From assembly GCA_902780135.1 (NCBI GenBank), contig CACZEK010000003.1, forward strand, positions 65,560 through 129,559: a stretch of 64,000 nucleotides of DNA, read 5' to 3'. The notes under the pieces were generated by a model. The model did not search any database. It had not been told where the DNA came from and was given only the letters and a program-made list of their open reading frames with translations. Source of the stretch: an uncultured bacterium (GTDB lineage Bacteria; Verrucomicrobiota; Lentisphaeria; Victivallales; UBA1829). Positions 54,050 through 63,853 of the stretch are shown here, piece after piece. The first letter of the stretch is position 1, and every line of letters begins with the position of its first letter. The translations under genes were made by a program, and so were the position numbers.

Positions 54050-56098
54050 ATGAAGTTTTCCCTCTCCATGAAAACGGCGCTCTCCTGCGCCGCGGTCTTT
54101 TTCGCCGCCGGACTCTGCTCCGCCGCCGATCCCGTTCTGACCTCGCCGGACGCGGACAAGACGATCCGCGTGTACCTCGACGAAGGCAACGTGCTCCGCG
54201 TGGAGCGCAACGCCTCGGAAGTCTTCCGGGTCCGCCTCGGCCTGAAGTCGAATAAAGCCGACTACGATTTCTCCCGGCTGAAACTGCAGGGGAAGCTCCC
54301 CGCCGGCAGCAGCGCCATACTCGTTTCCGAGAAATACACGTCCGTCAACGGCAAGCGTTCCGAGCGCAGTTTCCGCATGAACGAAAAGACGCTCGTCTTC
54401 GGCGAAGGCGCCGAACAGATCGGCGTCGTGCTTCGCGCGGGCGACAATTCCTTCGCGTTCCGCTACACCGTCGGCGGCTCCGGCAACGTCGAATTCCAGG
54501 GCGAATCCACCTCGTTCGTGTTCCCGCTGACCGACGGCTTCCGCATGCAGCGCCGCGTGACCAGCTACGAGGACCGCTACAACGCCTACACCGCCGACCA
54601 GCTCAAAGGGTCTCCGGCTCCCCAGGGCGGACAGGGCGGCCCCGGCGGCTTCGGCGGTTTCGGCGGCGGCCGCAGAGGCGGCGCGAACCGGAACTGGAAC
54701 TATCCGCTGCTCTTCAACTCCGCCGACAAGTCCACGTGGGGTCTCCTCTCCGAGACGTGGTTCGACGGCACCTACTGCGGCACCTATCTGGTGTCTTCCG
54801 TCGACGACAAGGGCGTCTCGTTCACCACGCATTATCCCGACCAGGGCGAAGGCGCGAACCAGGGCGCGGTGAATCCGGCGACCTCGCTCCCCTGGGAATC
54901 CCCGTGGCGCTGCGTCGTGATCGGCACGCTCGCCGACGTCGTGGAGTCCACGCTCGTCGACGACCTCGCGCCCGAATGCGCGGTGGACGACGTCTCCTGG
55001 ATCACGCCCGGCGTGGCGTCCTGGGTCTACTGGGCGTACAACCACGGCAGCAAGGACTTCCAGATCGTGAAGGACTACATCCTGCTCGCCTCCGAGATGA
55101 AGTGGCCGAACGTCCTGATCGACTGGGAATGGGACGTGATGGGCAACGGCGGCAACATCGACGACGCCATCGCGCTCGCAAAGGAGAAAAACGTCGGCGT
55201 CTGGCTCTGGTACAATTCCGGCGGCAAGCACAACTACGTCCAGGGCGGCCCGCGCGACCGTTTCAACACCCACGAGACGCGCGAAAAGGAATTCGCCTGG
55301 CTGAAGGACAAGAACGTCAAGGGCGTGAAGATCGACTTCTTCGAGAGCGACAAGCAGAGCATGATGCAGTACTACGTCGACATCCTGAAGGACGCCGCCC
55401 CGCACAAGATCATGGTCAACTTCCACGGCTCCACCCTCCCGCGCGGCTGGTCCCGCACGTATCCCAACCTCATGTCCATGGAGGGCGTCTGGGGCGCGGA
55501 ACAGTACAACAACCACCCGATGATGACCGAGCCCGCCGCCGAACACAACACCACGCTGCCCTTCACGCGCAACGCCGTCGGCCCGATGGACTACACCCCC
55601 ACCGCGTTCACCAACTCCCAGCACAAGCACCTCACCTCCCACGCGCACGAGCTCGCGCTCCCGGTCGTCTTCGAATCCGCCGCGCAGCACATGGCGGACC
55701 GCCCGTCCGCGTTCCGCGCGCTCCCGGAATCCGTGAAGGACTTCATCGCCGGGCTTCCGACCACGTGGGACGACACGAAGTTCCTCGGCGGCGAACCTGC
55801 CGACTACGTGATCCTCGGCCGCCGCAAAGGCGACGTCTGGTACGTCGGCGCTATCAACGGCAAGAACGAGACGCGCGAAGTCACGTTCACCGTCCCCGGC
55901 AAGGCGGGCGAGACTTTCTCCTACCGCAAGATCGCGGACGGCAGGGACGTTGATTCCGGCTATTTCGCCAACGGCGACGTGAAGCCCGACGATCCGCGCG
56001 CCTGGGACATCTCCGAAGGCACGGCGAAAGCCGGCGACGTGATCACCGTCCGCATGGTCGGACGCGGCGGCTTCTCCTTCCGCTTCACCAAGAAATAA
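54050..56098 (+). CDS. Glycoside hydrolase family 97, exported
   Basis: Signal peptide; PWESPWR, PGVASWVYW, LIDWEW, GVKIDFF, NFHG...PRGWSRTYPN..SMEGV.GAE, GPMDYTP. Confidence 0.93.
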   Translation: MKFSLSMKTALSCAAVFFAAGLCSAADPVLTSPDADKTIRVYLDEGNVLRVERNASEVFRVRLGLKSNKADYDFSRLKLQGKLPAGSSAILVSEKYTSVNGKRSERSFRMNEKTLVFGEGAEQIGVVLRAGDNSFAFRYTVGGSGNVEFQGESTSFVFPLTDGFRMQRRVTSYEDRYNAYTADQLKGSPAPQGGQGGPGGFGGFGGGRRGGANRNWNYPLLFNSADKSTWGLLSETWFDGTYCGTYLVSSVDDKGVSFTTHYPDQGEGANQGAVNPATSLPWESPWRCVVIGTLADVVESTLVDDLAPECAVDDVSWITPGVASWVYWAYNHGSKDFQIVKDYILLASEMKWPNVLIDWEWDVMGNGGNIDDAIALAKEKNVGVWLWYNSGGKHNYVQGGPRDRFNTHETREKEFAWLKDKNVKGVKIDFFESDKQSMMQYYVDILKDAAPHKIMVNFHGSTLPRGWSRTYPNLMSMEGVWGAEQYNNHPMMTEPAAEHNTTLPFTRNAVGPMDYTPTAFTNSQHKHLTSHAHELALPVVFESAAQHMADRPSAFRALPESVKDFIAGLPTTWDDTKFLGGEPADYVILGRRKGDVWYVGAINGKNETREVTFTVPGKAGETFSYRKIADGRDVDSGYFANGDVKPDDPRAWDISEGTAKAGDVITVRMVGRGGFSFRFTKK

Positions 56099-56142
56099 GC
56101 CCTGCGGCAAAAGCCGGACAGGCAGTCCGAATCACAAACAAT

Positions 56143-56190
56143 GCGTCCGTTTCCTCCGGGACAGCCCCGCCGGAAGCGGACGCTTCTTTT
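56143..56190 (+). terminator. Terminator after GH97
   Basis: GCGTCCGTTTCC / GGAAGCGGACGC stem followed by TTCTTTT. Confidence 0.55.
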
Positions 56191-56199
56191 CCTCCAAAA

Positions 56200-56236
56200 A
56201 ACAAAACCGCCGGAATCGTTTTGCGGATTCCGGCGG
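56200..56236 (-). terminator. Terminator after the flavodoxin-family gene
   Basis: CCGCCGGAATC-8 nt-GATTCCGGCGG perfect stem with an adjacent A-run. Confidence 0.65.
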
Positions 56237-56267
56237 GAGGATAAAACTGAAAAAACGGGGGCGGAGG

Positions 56268-56816
56268 TCAGAGCTTTTCCGCGGCGGCCTTGAGCTGGGC
56301 GAGGCGGGCGGCGTCCTTCGCGAGGTCGTCGGCAGCGGCGGCGCAGACGGATTCGTCGAGGACGACTTCCCAGCCGAGGAATTCCGCGATGCAGCGGAAC
56401 TGGTCGGAGATGAGCTTGTATTCGGGGTTGCTGAGGGAATCCGCGCCGCAGGCCACGATGCCGATCTTCTTCTTCGTGCGGAGCGTGGGCTTCGCGGAGG
56501 CGTCGTCGCGGGAATAGAACTTGTCGACGACGTCCTTCAGCTGGGCGGAGATGCCCCACCAGTAGACCGGCGAGCCGAAGATCACGAGGTCGGCGTCGGC
56601 GACTTTGCTGATGATCTTGACCGTGTCGTCCGACTGGATGCAGTTGCCGCCGTTGCGCTTGCAGGCGTCGCAGTTGCGGCAGGGGCGGAACGTGAAGTCG
56701 TAGACGTTCAGGGATTCGACCGTGTGGCGCGCCTTCATGCCGTCTTCGATGGCGCGCAGGGCGTGCGAGGTGTTGCCGTTTTTGCGGGGGCTTCCGTTCA
56801 GGATCAGGACGTTCAT
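56268..56816 (-). CDS. Flavodoxin-family protein (NADPH-dependent FMN reductase/iron-sulfur flavoprotein)
   Basis: LNGSPRKNGNT, CRNCDAC...C, FGSPVYW. Confidence 0.9.
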   Translation of the reverse strand: MNVLILNGSPRKNGNTSHALRAIEDGMKARHTVESLNVYDFTFRPCRNCDACKRNGGNCIQSDDTVKIISKVADADLVIFGSPVYWWGISAQLKDVVDKFYSRDDASAKPTLRTKKKIGIVACGADSLSNPEYKLISDQFRCIAEFLGWEVVLDESVCAAAADDLAKDAARLAQLKAAAEKL

Positions 56817-56880
56817 GGTGATACTCCGTTATGAAAAAGAATGTGAAAGGCGGTTCGAGGGAGCCTGATGCGGCACGGCG

Positions 56881-57897
56881 TTACTTTCCGTCGCCGCCCT
56901 GTGCGGCATCGGCGGGACTCGACTTTTTCTTGCCCTGGATGAGCGCGGCGGGATCGCTGTCGATGTACTGGATGAATTCGATCAGGGCATCGACGCCGCC
57001 GTTGACGTTGAAGAGCGTTTCGTCGAGGGTCTTGCTGGTGCGGATGGCGGTGGAGAGGAAAGCGCGGAAGTTTTCGGCGATCTTTCCGAATTCGATGGAC
57101 TTGATCTCCACTTCGACGGACTTCGTGAGGGATTCGACCGCGCTCACGGCTTCGCCGACGTTCTGCGCGATGGCGTCGACCTTGTCGCGGAGATCGGATC
57201 CGGTGAGCTTTTCGAGGTTTTCGATGCTCTTGCGCGCCTCGCTGACCATGGCGTTCACGTTGTCGATCGTCTCGTCGAATTTCGGCGAGTTGACGCGCTC
57301 GTTGATGGAGTCCAGCACGGCGTTCGTGCGGTCGCTGATGCCCTTGTAGTCGATGCTTTCGAGCTTGGCGAGGATGGTGGTCACGCTGCCGCGGAGGTCG
57401 CTGATGAGCGAGGGCTGGCTGGGGACGTAGGCGTATTCGAGCCCGAATTCCTTCACGTCGAACGTCGACGGCGCGGCGTCCTTGTCCGGCTGGAGTTCGA
57501 TGTACTTGCCGCCGGTGATGCCTTCCAGCTCCATGCGGCAGCGGAGGCCCTTCTGCACCGCCTTTTCGACTTCCTCGTTGAACTCATCGAGCGAGATCGT
57601 GACCGGGGCGTGGCCGGGCTGCTGGACTTTGAACTTGGAAATGTTGATCTCCATGTCGATGCGGATCACGTTGTCGTTGGGGTAGATCATGATCTCGCGG
57701 ACGCTGCCGATGGGCACGCCCTGATACTTCACGGAGGACCCGACCGAGAGCCCCTGCACGGATTCCGAGACGAGCGTGGAGATGTACGCTTTTTCCTTGA
57801 ACCTGTCCATGGTGCCGAGGATGAAGAGTGCGGCGAAGAATATGACGGCGCCCAGGATGATGAACAGTCCGAGTTTGAATTTGCTGTTGTCGTTCAT
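56881..57897 (-). CDS. mlaD: MCE/MlaD family protein
   Basis: N-terminal TM, SVQGLSVGSSVKYQGVPIGSV, GITGGKYIEL, long helical tail. Confidence 0.92.
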   Translation of the reverse strand: MNDNSKFKLGLFIILGAVIFFAALFILGTMDRFKEKAYISTLVSESVQGLSVGSSVKYQGVPIGSVREIMIYPNDNVIRIDMEINISKFKVQQPGHAPVTISLDEFNEEVEKAVQKGLRCRMELEGITGGKYIELQPDKDAAPSTFDVKEFGLEYAYVPSQPSLISDLRGSVTTILAKLESIDYKGISDRTNAVLDSINERVNSPKFDETIDNVNAMVSEARKSIENLEKLTGSDLRDKVDAIAQNVGEAVSAVESLTKSVEVEIKSIEFGKIAENFRAFLSTAIRTSKTLDETLFNVNGGVDALIEFIQYIDSDPAALIQGKKKSSPADAAQGGDGK

Positions 57898-57948
57898 GAT
57901 GCGGGATTCCTTCCTGAAACTGAAAATGACATGAAAACGGCCGGCGTG

Positions 57949-58773
57949 TCAGGCATGGTCCGGCTCCGTGCTGTTGCTTTTATAGGTGCCGCCGCGCGAG
58001 AGGAACGTGCGGACGTACTCGTCGGCGCTGTGGTCGCGGAGGTACGCGGGCGGCCCGTCGTCCACGATGCCCTTCTTTTCCGCGGAGAGCATGATCACGC
58101 GGTCGGAGACGCGGAAGATGCTGGGGAGCTCGTGCGTGACCATCATGATCGTGGCGTGGGTCTTCTCGCGGATCTCCAGGATCACGTTGTCGAGCATGTC
58201 GGAGGTCAGCGGGTCAAGCCCGGCGGACGGTTCGTCGAAGAAGAGCAGTTTCGGGTCGAGTGCGAGGGCGCGCGCGAAGGCGGCGCGTTTGATCATGCCG
58301 CCGGAGAGGTCCGAGGGCATGTAGTCTTCAAATCCGTTCAGATGGACGAGCGCGAGTTTTTCGGAGACGCGTTTCCGGATCTCGTCGCGCTTCCAGTTCG
58401 TCAGCTCCTCCATGGGGAGCGCGATGTTTTCGGCGACGCTCAGGGAACGGAACAGCGCGCCGCCCTGGTACGCCACGCCGAATTCGGACACGATGGAACG
58501 TTTTTCCTGCGCGTCCGCGCTCACGATGCTGCGTCCGTTGATGAGGATGTCGCCGCGGATCGGCTTGTGAAGGCCGATGATATGCTTGAGCAGGGTGCTC
58601 TTGCCGCAGCCGGATCCGCCGAGGATGGTCACGATCTGGCCCGGCTCGATGCGGAAGTTCAGGTTCTCGAGCACGACGCGCGAACCGTACCCGATGACGA
58701 GGTCGCGGACCTCGATCGCGGGCGTGCCTTTTGCGGCGGGAGCGGCCGCTGCGTTGTCGTTGCGGTCCGTCAT
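57949..58773 (-). CDS. mlaF: ABC transporter ATP-binding protein (MlaF/Mkl type)
   Basis: GGSGCGKST, QGGALF, LSGGMIKR, FFDEPSAGLDP, VTH. Confidence 0.93.
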   Translation of the reverse strand: MTDRNDNAAAAPAAKGTPAIEVRDLVIGYGSRVVLENLNFRIEPGQIVTILGGSGCGKSTLLKHIIGLHKPIRGDILINGRSIVSADAQEKRSIVSEFGVAYQGGALFRSLSVAENIALPMEELTNWKRDEIRKRVSEKLALVHLNGFEDYMPSDLSGGMIKRAAFARALALDPKLLFFDEPSAGLDPLTSDMLDNVILEIREKTHATIMMVTHELPSIFRVSDRVIMLSAEKKGIVDDGPPAYLRDHSADEYVRTFLSRGGTYKSNSTEPDHA

Positions 58774-58776
58774 GGC

Positions 58777-59592
58777 TCATGTCCCCCAGGCGTAGAACAC
58801 GGTGAAAAGTTTCGCGAGGAAGGTGTCCGCCAGCACGATGAAGAGGATGCTGGTGACGACCGCCGAGGTCGTGGACCGCCCGACCGCGATCGCGTCGTTT
58901 CCGGTGCGGAATCCGCGCCAGCAGCCGGTCATCGTGATGATGTACGCGAAGACGAAGCTCTTCAGGATGCCCTCGAAGAAATACTTCACCGCCACGCCCT
59001 GCCGGGTCAGCTGCAGGAAGACGTCCATGGGCATGCCCAGCTCGCTCTTCATCACCAGGTAGCCGCCCGCGCAGCCGACGAAATCGCCGACGACGGTCAG
59101 GAGCGGCAGCATGACCAGCATCGCCCACATTTTCGGGACCACCAGGAACCGCGTGGGGCGGATGCCCATCGTCTGGAGGGCGTTGAGTTCCTCCGAGATC
59201 TTCATGGTGCCGATCTCGGCGGCGAAGGCGGATCCGCTGCGGCCCGTCGCCACGATGGCGACCATCAGCGGGCCGAGTTCGCGCAGGATGGTGCATCCGA
59301 TGACCATGGGCAGGAAATTGTCCGCGCCGTATTTGTGCGACTGCACTTCCGCCTGGTACGCCAGCACCACGCCCATCAGCGTGCTGATCATGATCGTGAT
59401 CGGCAGCCCGTCCGGGCCGCAGGTGTTCATGTAGAAAAGAAAATCCTTCCAGCGGAGGCGTTTCGGGTGGCGGAACCCTTCCCACAATGCGGCGGTGACG
59501 TCGCCCAGAAACGTGACCATGGACACGGCCTCGTCTTTGAGCTGGAATGCCATTTCTCCGAACTGGCTGATCTTTTCCGCTGTCGTTTTCAT
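58777..59592 (-). CDS. mlaE: MlaE family ABC permease
   Basis: RELGPLMVAIVATGRSGSAFAAEIGTMKISEE..AL.TMG. Confidence 0.94.
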   Translation of the reverse strand: MKTTAEKISQFGEMAFQLKDEAVSMVTFLGDVTAALWEGFRHPKRLRWKDFLFYMNTCGPDGLPITIMISTLMGVVLAYQAEVQSHKYGADNFLPMVIGCTILRELGPLMVAIVATGRSGSAFAAEIGTMKISEELNALQTMGIRPTRFLVVPKMWAMLVMLPLLTVVGDFVGCAGGYLVMKSELGMPMDVFLQLTRQGVAVKYFFEGILKSFVFAYIITMTGCWRGFRTGNDAIAVGRSTTSAVVTSILFIVLADTFLAKLFTVFYAWGT

Positions 59593-59661
59593 GGATTCTT
59601 CATCTGCCGTTTTTATCCCGGCGAACCGGACCCGGATGCGGCGAAGGAAGACGGTCCCCGC

Positions 59662-60666
59662 TTAAAAGGACTGTCCGTTTCCGTCTTCCGGTTTCTCCTC
59701 GGTTTCCGCGCCGGAACTGTAGGGATTCCCGTCGGGATCCAGCAGCACGACTTTGCGGGCGCATTCGCCGCGGTCGTTGGTGCCGACTTCGAATTCCACT
59801 TTGTCGTTGATGGCGAGCTCGTCGAACGCGCAGTTCTCGAGGTCTTCCCACAGGAAGAAGAAATCGTGGTCGCCGCGGTCCGGCGTGATGAACCCGTATC
59901 CGCTCTTCAGCTGGACCACGGTGCCGCGGCGGCGTTCGGGCGGGAGGCTTTCGTCGTAGTCGTCCTCCTCCTCGTAGCCGTCGTCCTGTTCGACGTTCTC
60001 GGATGCGGAATAGGCGTTTCCGCCGCCGGAGACGAAGAGCGCGTCGATCTTGTCCTGCGGATAAAGCTGTTTTTCGATGATGTCCTGCATCCAGATGCCG
60101 TAGGTGGCTTCCGCCATCAGGCGGCCGGACGTCATGGTCTGGCGGTGCCCGCCGTTGTCGTCCTCGTAGGAATATTCCCAGCCGATCACCATGACGCGCG
60201 CGCCGAGGGAGTTGAGCTTGCGGACGAGCGGGACATAGTCGCCGTCGCAGGCGACCAGGACCACGACGTCGAATCCGATGTGGACCATCTGCTCGTAGGC
60301 TTCCAGCGCGAGCGAGATGTTCGCGCCCTTTTCGGAGCCGTGGCTGACGGGGAGGAAATGCGCCACGACGCCTTCGCGCGTCAGGACGTCGTCGAAATTG
60401 CGTTCGGAGAAGAGCAGATGCCGCAGGTTCGCCTCGGACGCGGTCAGGCGGCCGCGGAAATAATGGCTGTCGACGATCCGGCAGAGGTTTTCGCTGACAT
60501 GTTCGCGTTCCGCCACCATGGTGCGGATGAGGCTGTGAAGTCCGGGGACGCTGATGCGGCTTCTGCGCGGATGGCCGTGGTAGTAGTAGTTGCTGACGTG
60601 ATAGAAATAGTTCCCGTCGTAGAAAATGCCGATCCGGATCAGTCCGGAATCCTTTTTCGCGTCCAT
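59662..60666 (-). CDS. NYN (LabA/DUF88) domain plus cold-shock domain protein
   Basis: IFYDGNY, EKG.N, ACDGDYVPL; C-terminal GYGFI......FFF...L CSD; start placed at ATG 60666. Confidence 0.9.
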   Translation of the reverse strand: MDAKKDSGLIRIGIFYDGNYFYHVSNYYYHGHPRRSRISVPGLHSLIRTMVAEREHVSENLCRIVDSHYFRGRLTASEANLRHLLFSERNFDDVLTREGVVAHFLPVSHGSEKGANISLALEAYEQMVHIGFDVVVLVACDGDYVPLVRKLNSLGARVMVIGWEYSYEDDNGGHRQTMTSGRLMAEATYGIWMQDIIEKQLYPQDKIDALFVSGGGNAYSASENVEQDDGYEEEDDYDESLPPERRRGTVVQLKSGYGFITPDRGDHDFFFLWEDLENCAFDELAINDKVEFEVGTNDRGECARKVVLLDPDGNPYSSGAETEEKPEDGNGQSF

Positions 60667-60930
60667 AAGACGTCTTCCTTTCCTGTTTTTGTTCTGTTCC
60701 GTTATTGCGGGATGATACTGAAATCGTTTCACACTCGAAACATTTCAAGTCTTAACATAGCACGTTTTTTTCAAAAATCCAGTGCCGTTGAGAAAAAACG
60801 CCCAAACAATTAGATTTTTTCCGGTTTTGTTCCTTTTTCTCAAGTCGTTCTGTTCGATTCGCTAACACTTTTTTTGCGGTTCGGTCCGTCTGGACGGCAA
60901 CCGCCGCGAAAAGAGGCTCACAATCTTTTT

Positions 60931-61848
60931 TCACCATCTCCCGGACGCGCCGCCTCCGCCGAAACCGCCGCCACCGCCGCCGCTCCGGCTGCTGCCGCCG
61001 CTGCTTCTTCCGCCTCGACCGCCACCGCCGCGCGCCATTCCCTTCAGGACCTCCAGCAGAATCCGCAGGATGATGATCATGACGATCAGCCCGATGGACT
61101 TTTTGACGTCCGGGTGGATCATGATGCGGGCAGTGATCGTTCCGATGAGCTGGAGGACGATCAATATGGCGATGACGCAGAACAACGTCTCTTCGGGGCC
61201 GTTCCGGGGAGAGGCATAGCTGCCGCAGTCGGCATCTTCGTCATCCGTTTCTCCGGGGGCTTCCGGACCGTTTTCGTGCAGGACGAACGCCGAGACGGCG
61301 GAGACGGCATAGGAGATCGCCTGCGCGTATTGTCCCCGGCGCAGATACGGCATCATGTCGCGGAGGATGTCGCCGGCGCGGGCGTCGTTGATGACGCCCT
61401 CCAGTCCGTAGCCGATCTCCAGACGGTCTTCATGGTCGTCGACTGCCAGGAGCAGCAGGACGCCGTTGTCCTCGCCGCGCCAGCCGATCTTCCACTTCTC
61501 GGCGACGGCGAGGGAGAAATCCTCGACCGCGTCGCCGTGCAGCGAGGGAACGATGTAGACCGCCATCTGCCCTTTCGAAGCCGCCTCGTAGGCGTCGATC
61601 TGCGCAGTCAGGGCGTTGATCTCGGACTGCGTCAGGACTCCCGCCTCGTCGACCACGCGTCGCGTGCCGAGAGCGGGGATGCGCTCGTCCATGGACTTGA
61701 AATCGTCCGGATCGAAAACGTTCCGCCCGAATCCCGCGTGCAGGACAAACAGCGCAAGCCCGGCCAGAAAGAGGACAAGGCACAGGTTTCCCAGCTGGTT
61801 CGGGAATGTCGAACGCCAAAAGCCGATGTCGGACCTTTTCGCTTTCAT
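60931..61848 (-). CDS. TPM domain membrane protein
   Basis: VVDEAGVL, WKIG...DNGVLLLLA..D...RLEIGYGLEG; Gly-rich GGGFGGGGASGRW tail. Confidence 0.93.
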   Translation of the reverse strand: MKAKRSDIGFWRSTFPNQLGNLCLVLFLAGLALFVLHAGFGRNVFDPDDFKSMDERIPALGTRRVVDEAGVLTQSEINALTAQIDAYEAASKGQMAVYIVPSLHGDAVEDFSLAVAEKWKIGWRGEDNGVLLLLAVDDHEDRLEIGYGLEGVINDARAGDILRDMMPYLRRGQYAQAISYAVSAVSAFVLHENGPEAPGETDDEDADCGSYASPRNGPEETLFCVIAILIVLQLIGTITARIMIHPDVKKSIGLIVMIIILRILLEVLKGMARGGGGRGGRSSGGSSRSGGGGGGFGGGGASGRW

Positions 61849-61953
61849 GGTTCCTGTTTTCTTCCGATGCTCTTCCGTTTGCGGTGCGTTTGCGCACCTG
61901 AAAGAAATCCCGGGCAGACTGCCGAGCGTCTGTCCGGGAGAGATGAACTCAAA

Positions 61954-62526
61954 TCAGAATTCGACTTTCGGCGCTTTGACCACCGCGTCATGGCCCTGCG
62001 GGGGCTCGAAGTATTCGCGGGTGCTCAGGCCGAGGCTGCCGGCGAAGAGGGAGCCGGGGAACTGGCGGATCGCCATGTTGTACCGTTTCACGATCTCGTT
62101 GTATCTCTTGCGGGCGACGGCGATGCGGTTTTCGGTGCCGGCGAGTTCGTCCTGAAGGCGGATGAAGTTTTCGTTGGCTTTCAGTTCGGGATAGTTTTCC
62201 GCGATGGCGAGCAGGCGGCCGAGTCCGGCGGTCAGGGCGGCGTCGGCTTCGGCTTTCGCCGCGGGCGTCGTGGCTCCGGCGAGCTTGCTGCGGGCTTCCG
62301 CGATGCCGTTGAAGACGCTGTCTTCGTGCGCGGCGTAGCCCTTCACGGTGGAGACCAGGTTCGGGATCAGGTCGTTGCGGCGCTGCAGCTGCGTGTCGAC
62401 GTCCGACCAGGCTTTGTTCACGTCTTCGTCCAGGGCGATCAGGCCGTTGCGCTGGGAGATGAACCATCCGAATGCGATGGCGGCGATTGCGGCTATGACG
62501 CCGACTCCGACCAGAAATGATTTCAT
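61954..62526 (-). CDS. lemA: LemA family protein
   Basis: LQRRNDLIPNLV, YPELKANENF..LQDEL.GTENRIAVAR..YN. Confidence 0.96.
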   Translation of the reverse strand: MKSFLVGVGVIAAIAAIAFGWFISQRNGLIALDEDVNKAWSDVDTQLQRRNDLIPNLVSTVKGYAAHEDSVFNGIAEARSKLAGATTPAAKAEADAALTAGLGRLLAIAENYPELKANENFIRLQDELAGTENRIAVARKRYNEIVKRYNMAIRQFPGSLFAGSLGLSTREYFEPPQGHDAVVKAPKVEF

Positions 62527-62772
62527 GCTGTGTTATCCTTTCCTGATGTAAAGTTTGGATAGAGAAAACCTGTGTGCGCGGCATCCGCGTTCGAGGTAAA
62601 ACGCCTTGATGCCGGTTCTATCTATATAAAATACAATCTTTTCAGGGAAAAGCAAGCCCGTTTGCGCAAAAAAGGAGTTTTTTCTTCCGCAGGTTCCGTC
62701 CGGAGCGGACTGCTCCCGCGCGCATTTTTCGCGGAGGACTTGCTTTTTGTGCGGAGAGCGAGGCTGGAGAAC

Positions 62773-62801
62773 TTGACAAAGAGCGGCGAATGGGGTATAT
62801 T
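62773..62801 (+). promoter_or_regulatory. Sigma70-type promoter of the esterase gene
   Basis: TTGACA-17 nt-TATATT. Confidence 0.6.
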
Positions 62802-62855
62802 AGTCGGAAAAACACGTGTTTCATCCTTTATCTATTTTTCCAAGGAGTATTTCCC

Positions 62856-63755
62856 ATGCGCCGTTCGTTCGAACTCATCGGTTCCGCCGTCTGCCTCTCC
62901 GCCTCCGCCATGCTCGCCTCCTGCTGCTGCGACGGCGGCGCCTGCGCGGATCAGTACAACAAGCCTGTCAACGCCTATGCCCCCGGACAGGAACAGCCCC
63001 TCTTCCCGCTTCTGCCGAACGGCGCGACCCAGCAGCAGAAGGACGACGCCATCGTCAGGAATACGGGAGTGGCGCAGAAGACGTTCGACGCCGACGGCAT
63101 TAAGATCAATTACTGCGAGGGCACGTACAACATGGACGCCCCCGGCAGGCCGTCCGTGCTGGTCTTCCTGCACGGCGTGGGCGAACGCGGCAGCGACAAC
63201 AAATCGCATCTCCGCTACGGATTCGAGCAGATCGTCTCCTACATCCTCGCCCACCCGGACACCAAGGTCGTCCTGCTCGCGCCGCAGTGCCCCGCCAACG
63301 AGGGCTGGGGCAACAACGTCCAGCGCGGCGGCGACGGCATCATCCGTCCGGAAAGCGTGTTCGCCAACCTGCCGAAGCTGGTCCGCGCGAAGATGAAGGA
63401 ATTCGACGCCGATCCCGCGCGCATCTACGTGACCGGGTTCTCCATGGGCGGACACGGCACGGTCGAACTCGCGGGGCGCAACACCGACCTTTTCGCCGCC
63501 TGCGTGGCGATCTGCTGCGGCGGCACGCGCGAGGAGGCGGAACGCCTGAAGGACATGCCGGTCGCGCTGTATCAGGGCGACTACGACGAGACGGTCCGCA
63601 CCGAACTCACGCGCGACTTCTTCAAGTTCCTGTGGGAGGCGGGCAACACGCAGTGCAGCTACCGCGAATACCCGCTGATCGCGCACAACGCGTGGGACGT
63701 CTGCTACAACGACTACTCCACGCTCGACTGGCTCTTCGCCCAGAGAAAGAAATAA
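62856..63755 (+). CDS. Exported alpha/beta-hydrolase (esterase/peptidase-like), probable lipoprotein
   Basis: FLHGVGERG.DN, APQCP, TGFSMGG nucleophile, GDYDETV, AHNAW. Confidence 0.88.
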   Translation: MRRSFELIGSAVCLSASAMLASCCCDGGACADQYNKPVNAYAPGQEQPLFPLLPNGATQQQKDDAIVRNTGVAQKTFDADGIKINYCEGTYNMDAPGRPSVLVFLHGVGERGSDNKSHLRYGFEQIVSYILAHPDTKVVLLAPQCPANEGWGNNVQRGGDGIIRPESVFANLPKLVRAKMKEFDADPARIYVTGFSMGGHGTVELAGRNTDLFAACVAICCGGTREEAERLKDMPVALYQGDYDETVRTELTRDFFKFLWEAGNTQCSYREYPLIAHNAWDVCYNDYSTLDWLFAQRKK

Positions 63756-63797
63756 GCGCGGTTTCCCGCCGGAACCTCAGCGCAGATTAAAACGATG

Positions 63798-63833
63798 CTC
63801 CCGCCCGGACGAACGATCCCGGCGGGAGTTTTT
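63798..63833 (+). terminator. Rho-independent terminator between convergent genes
   Basis: CTCCCGCC / GGCGGGAG stem followed by TTTTT. Confidence 0.7.
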
Positions 63834-63853
63834 GATCGCGGAAAAAGGTGCTG

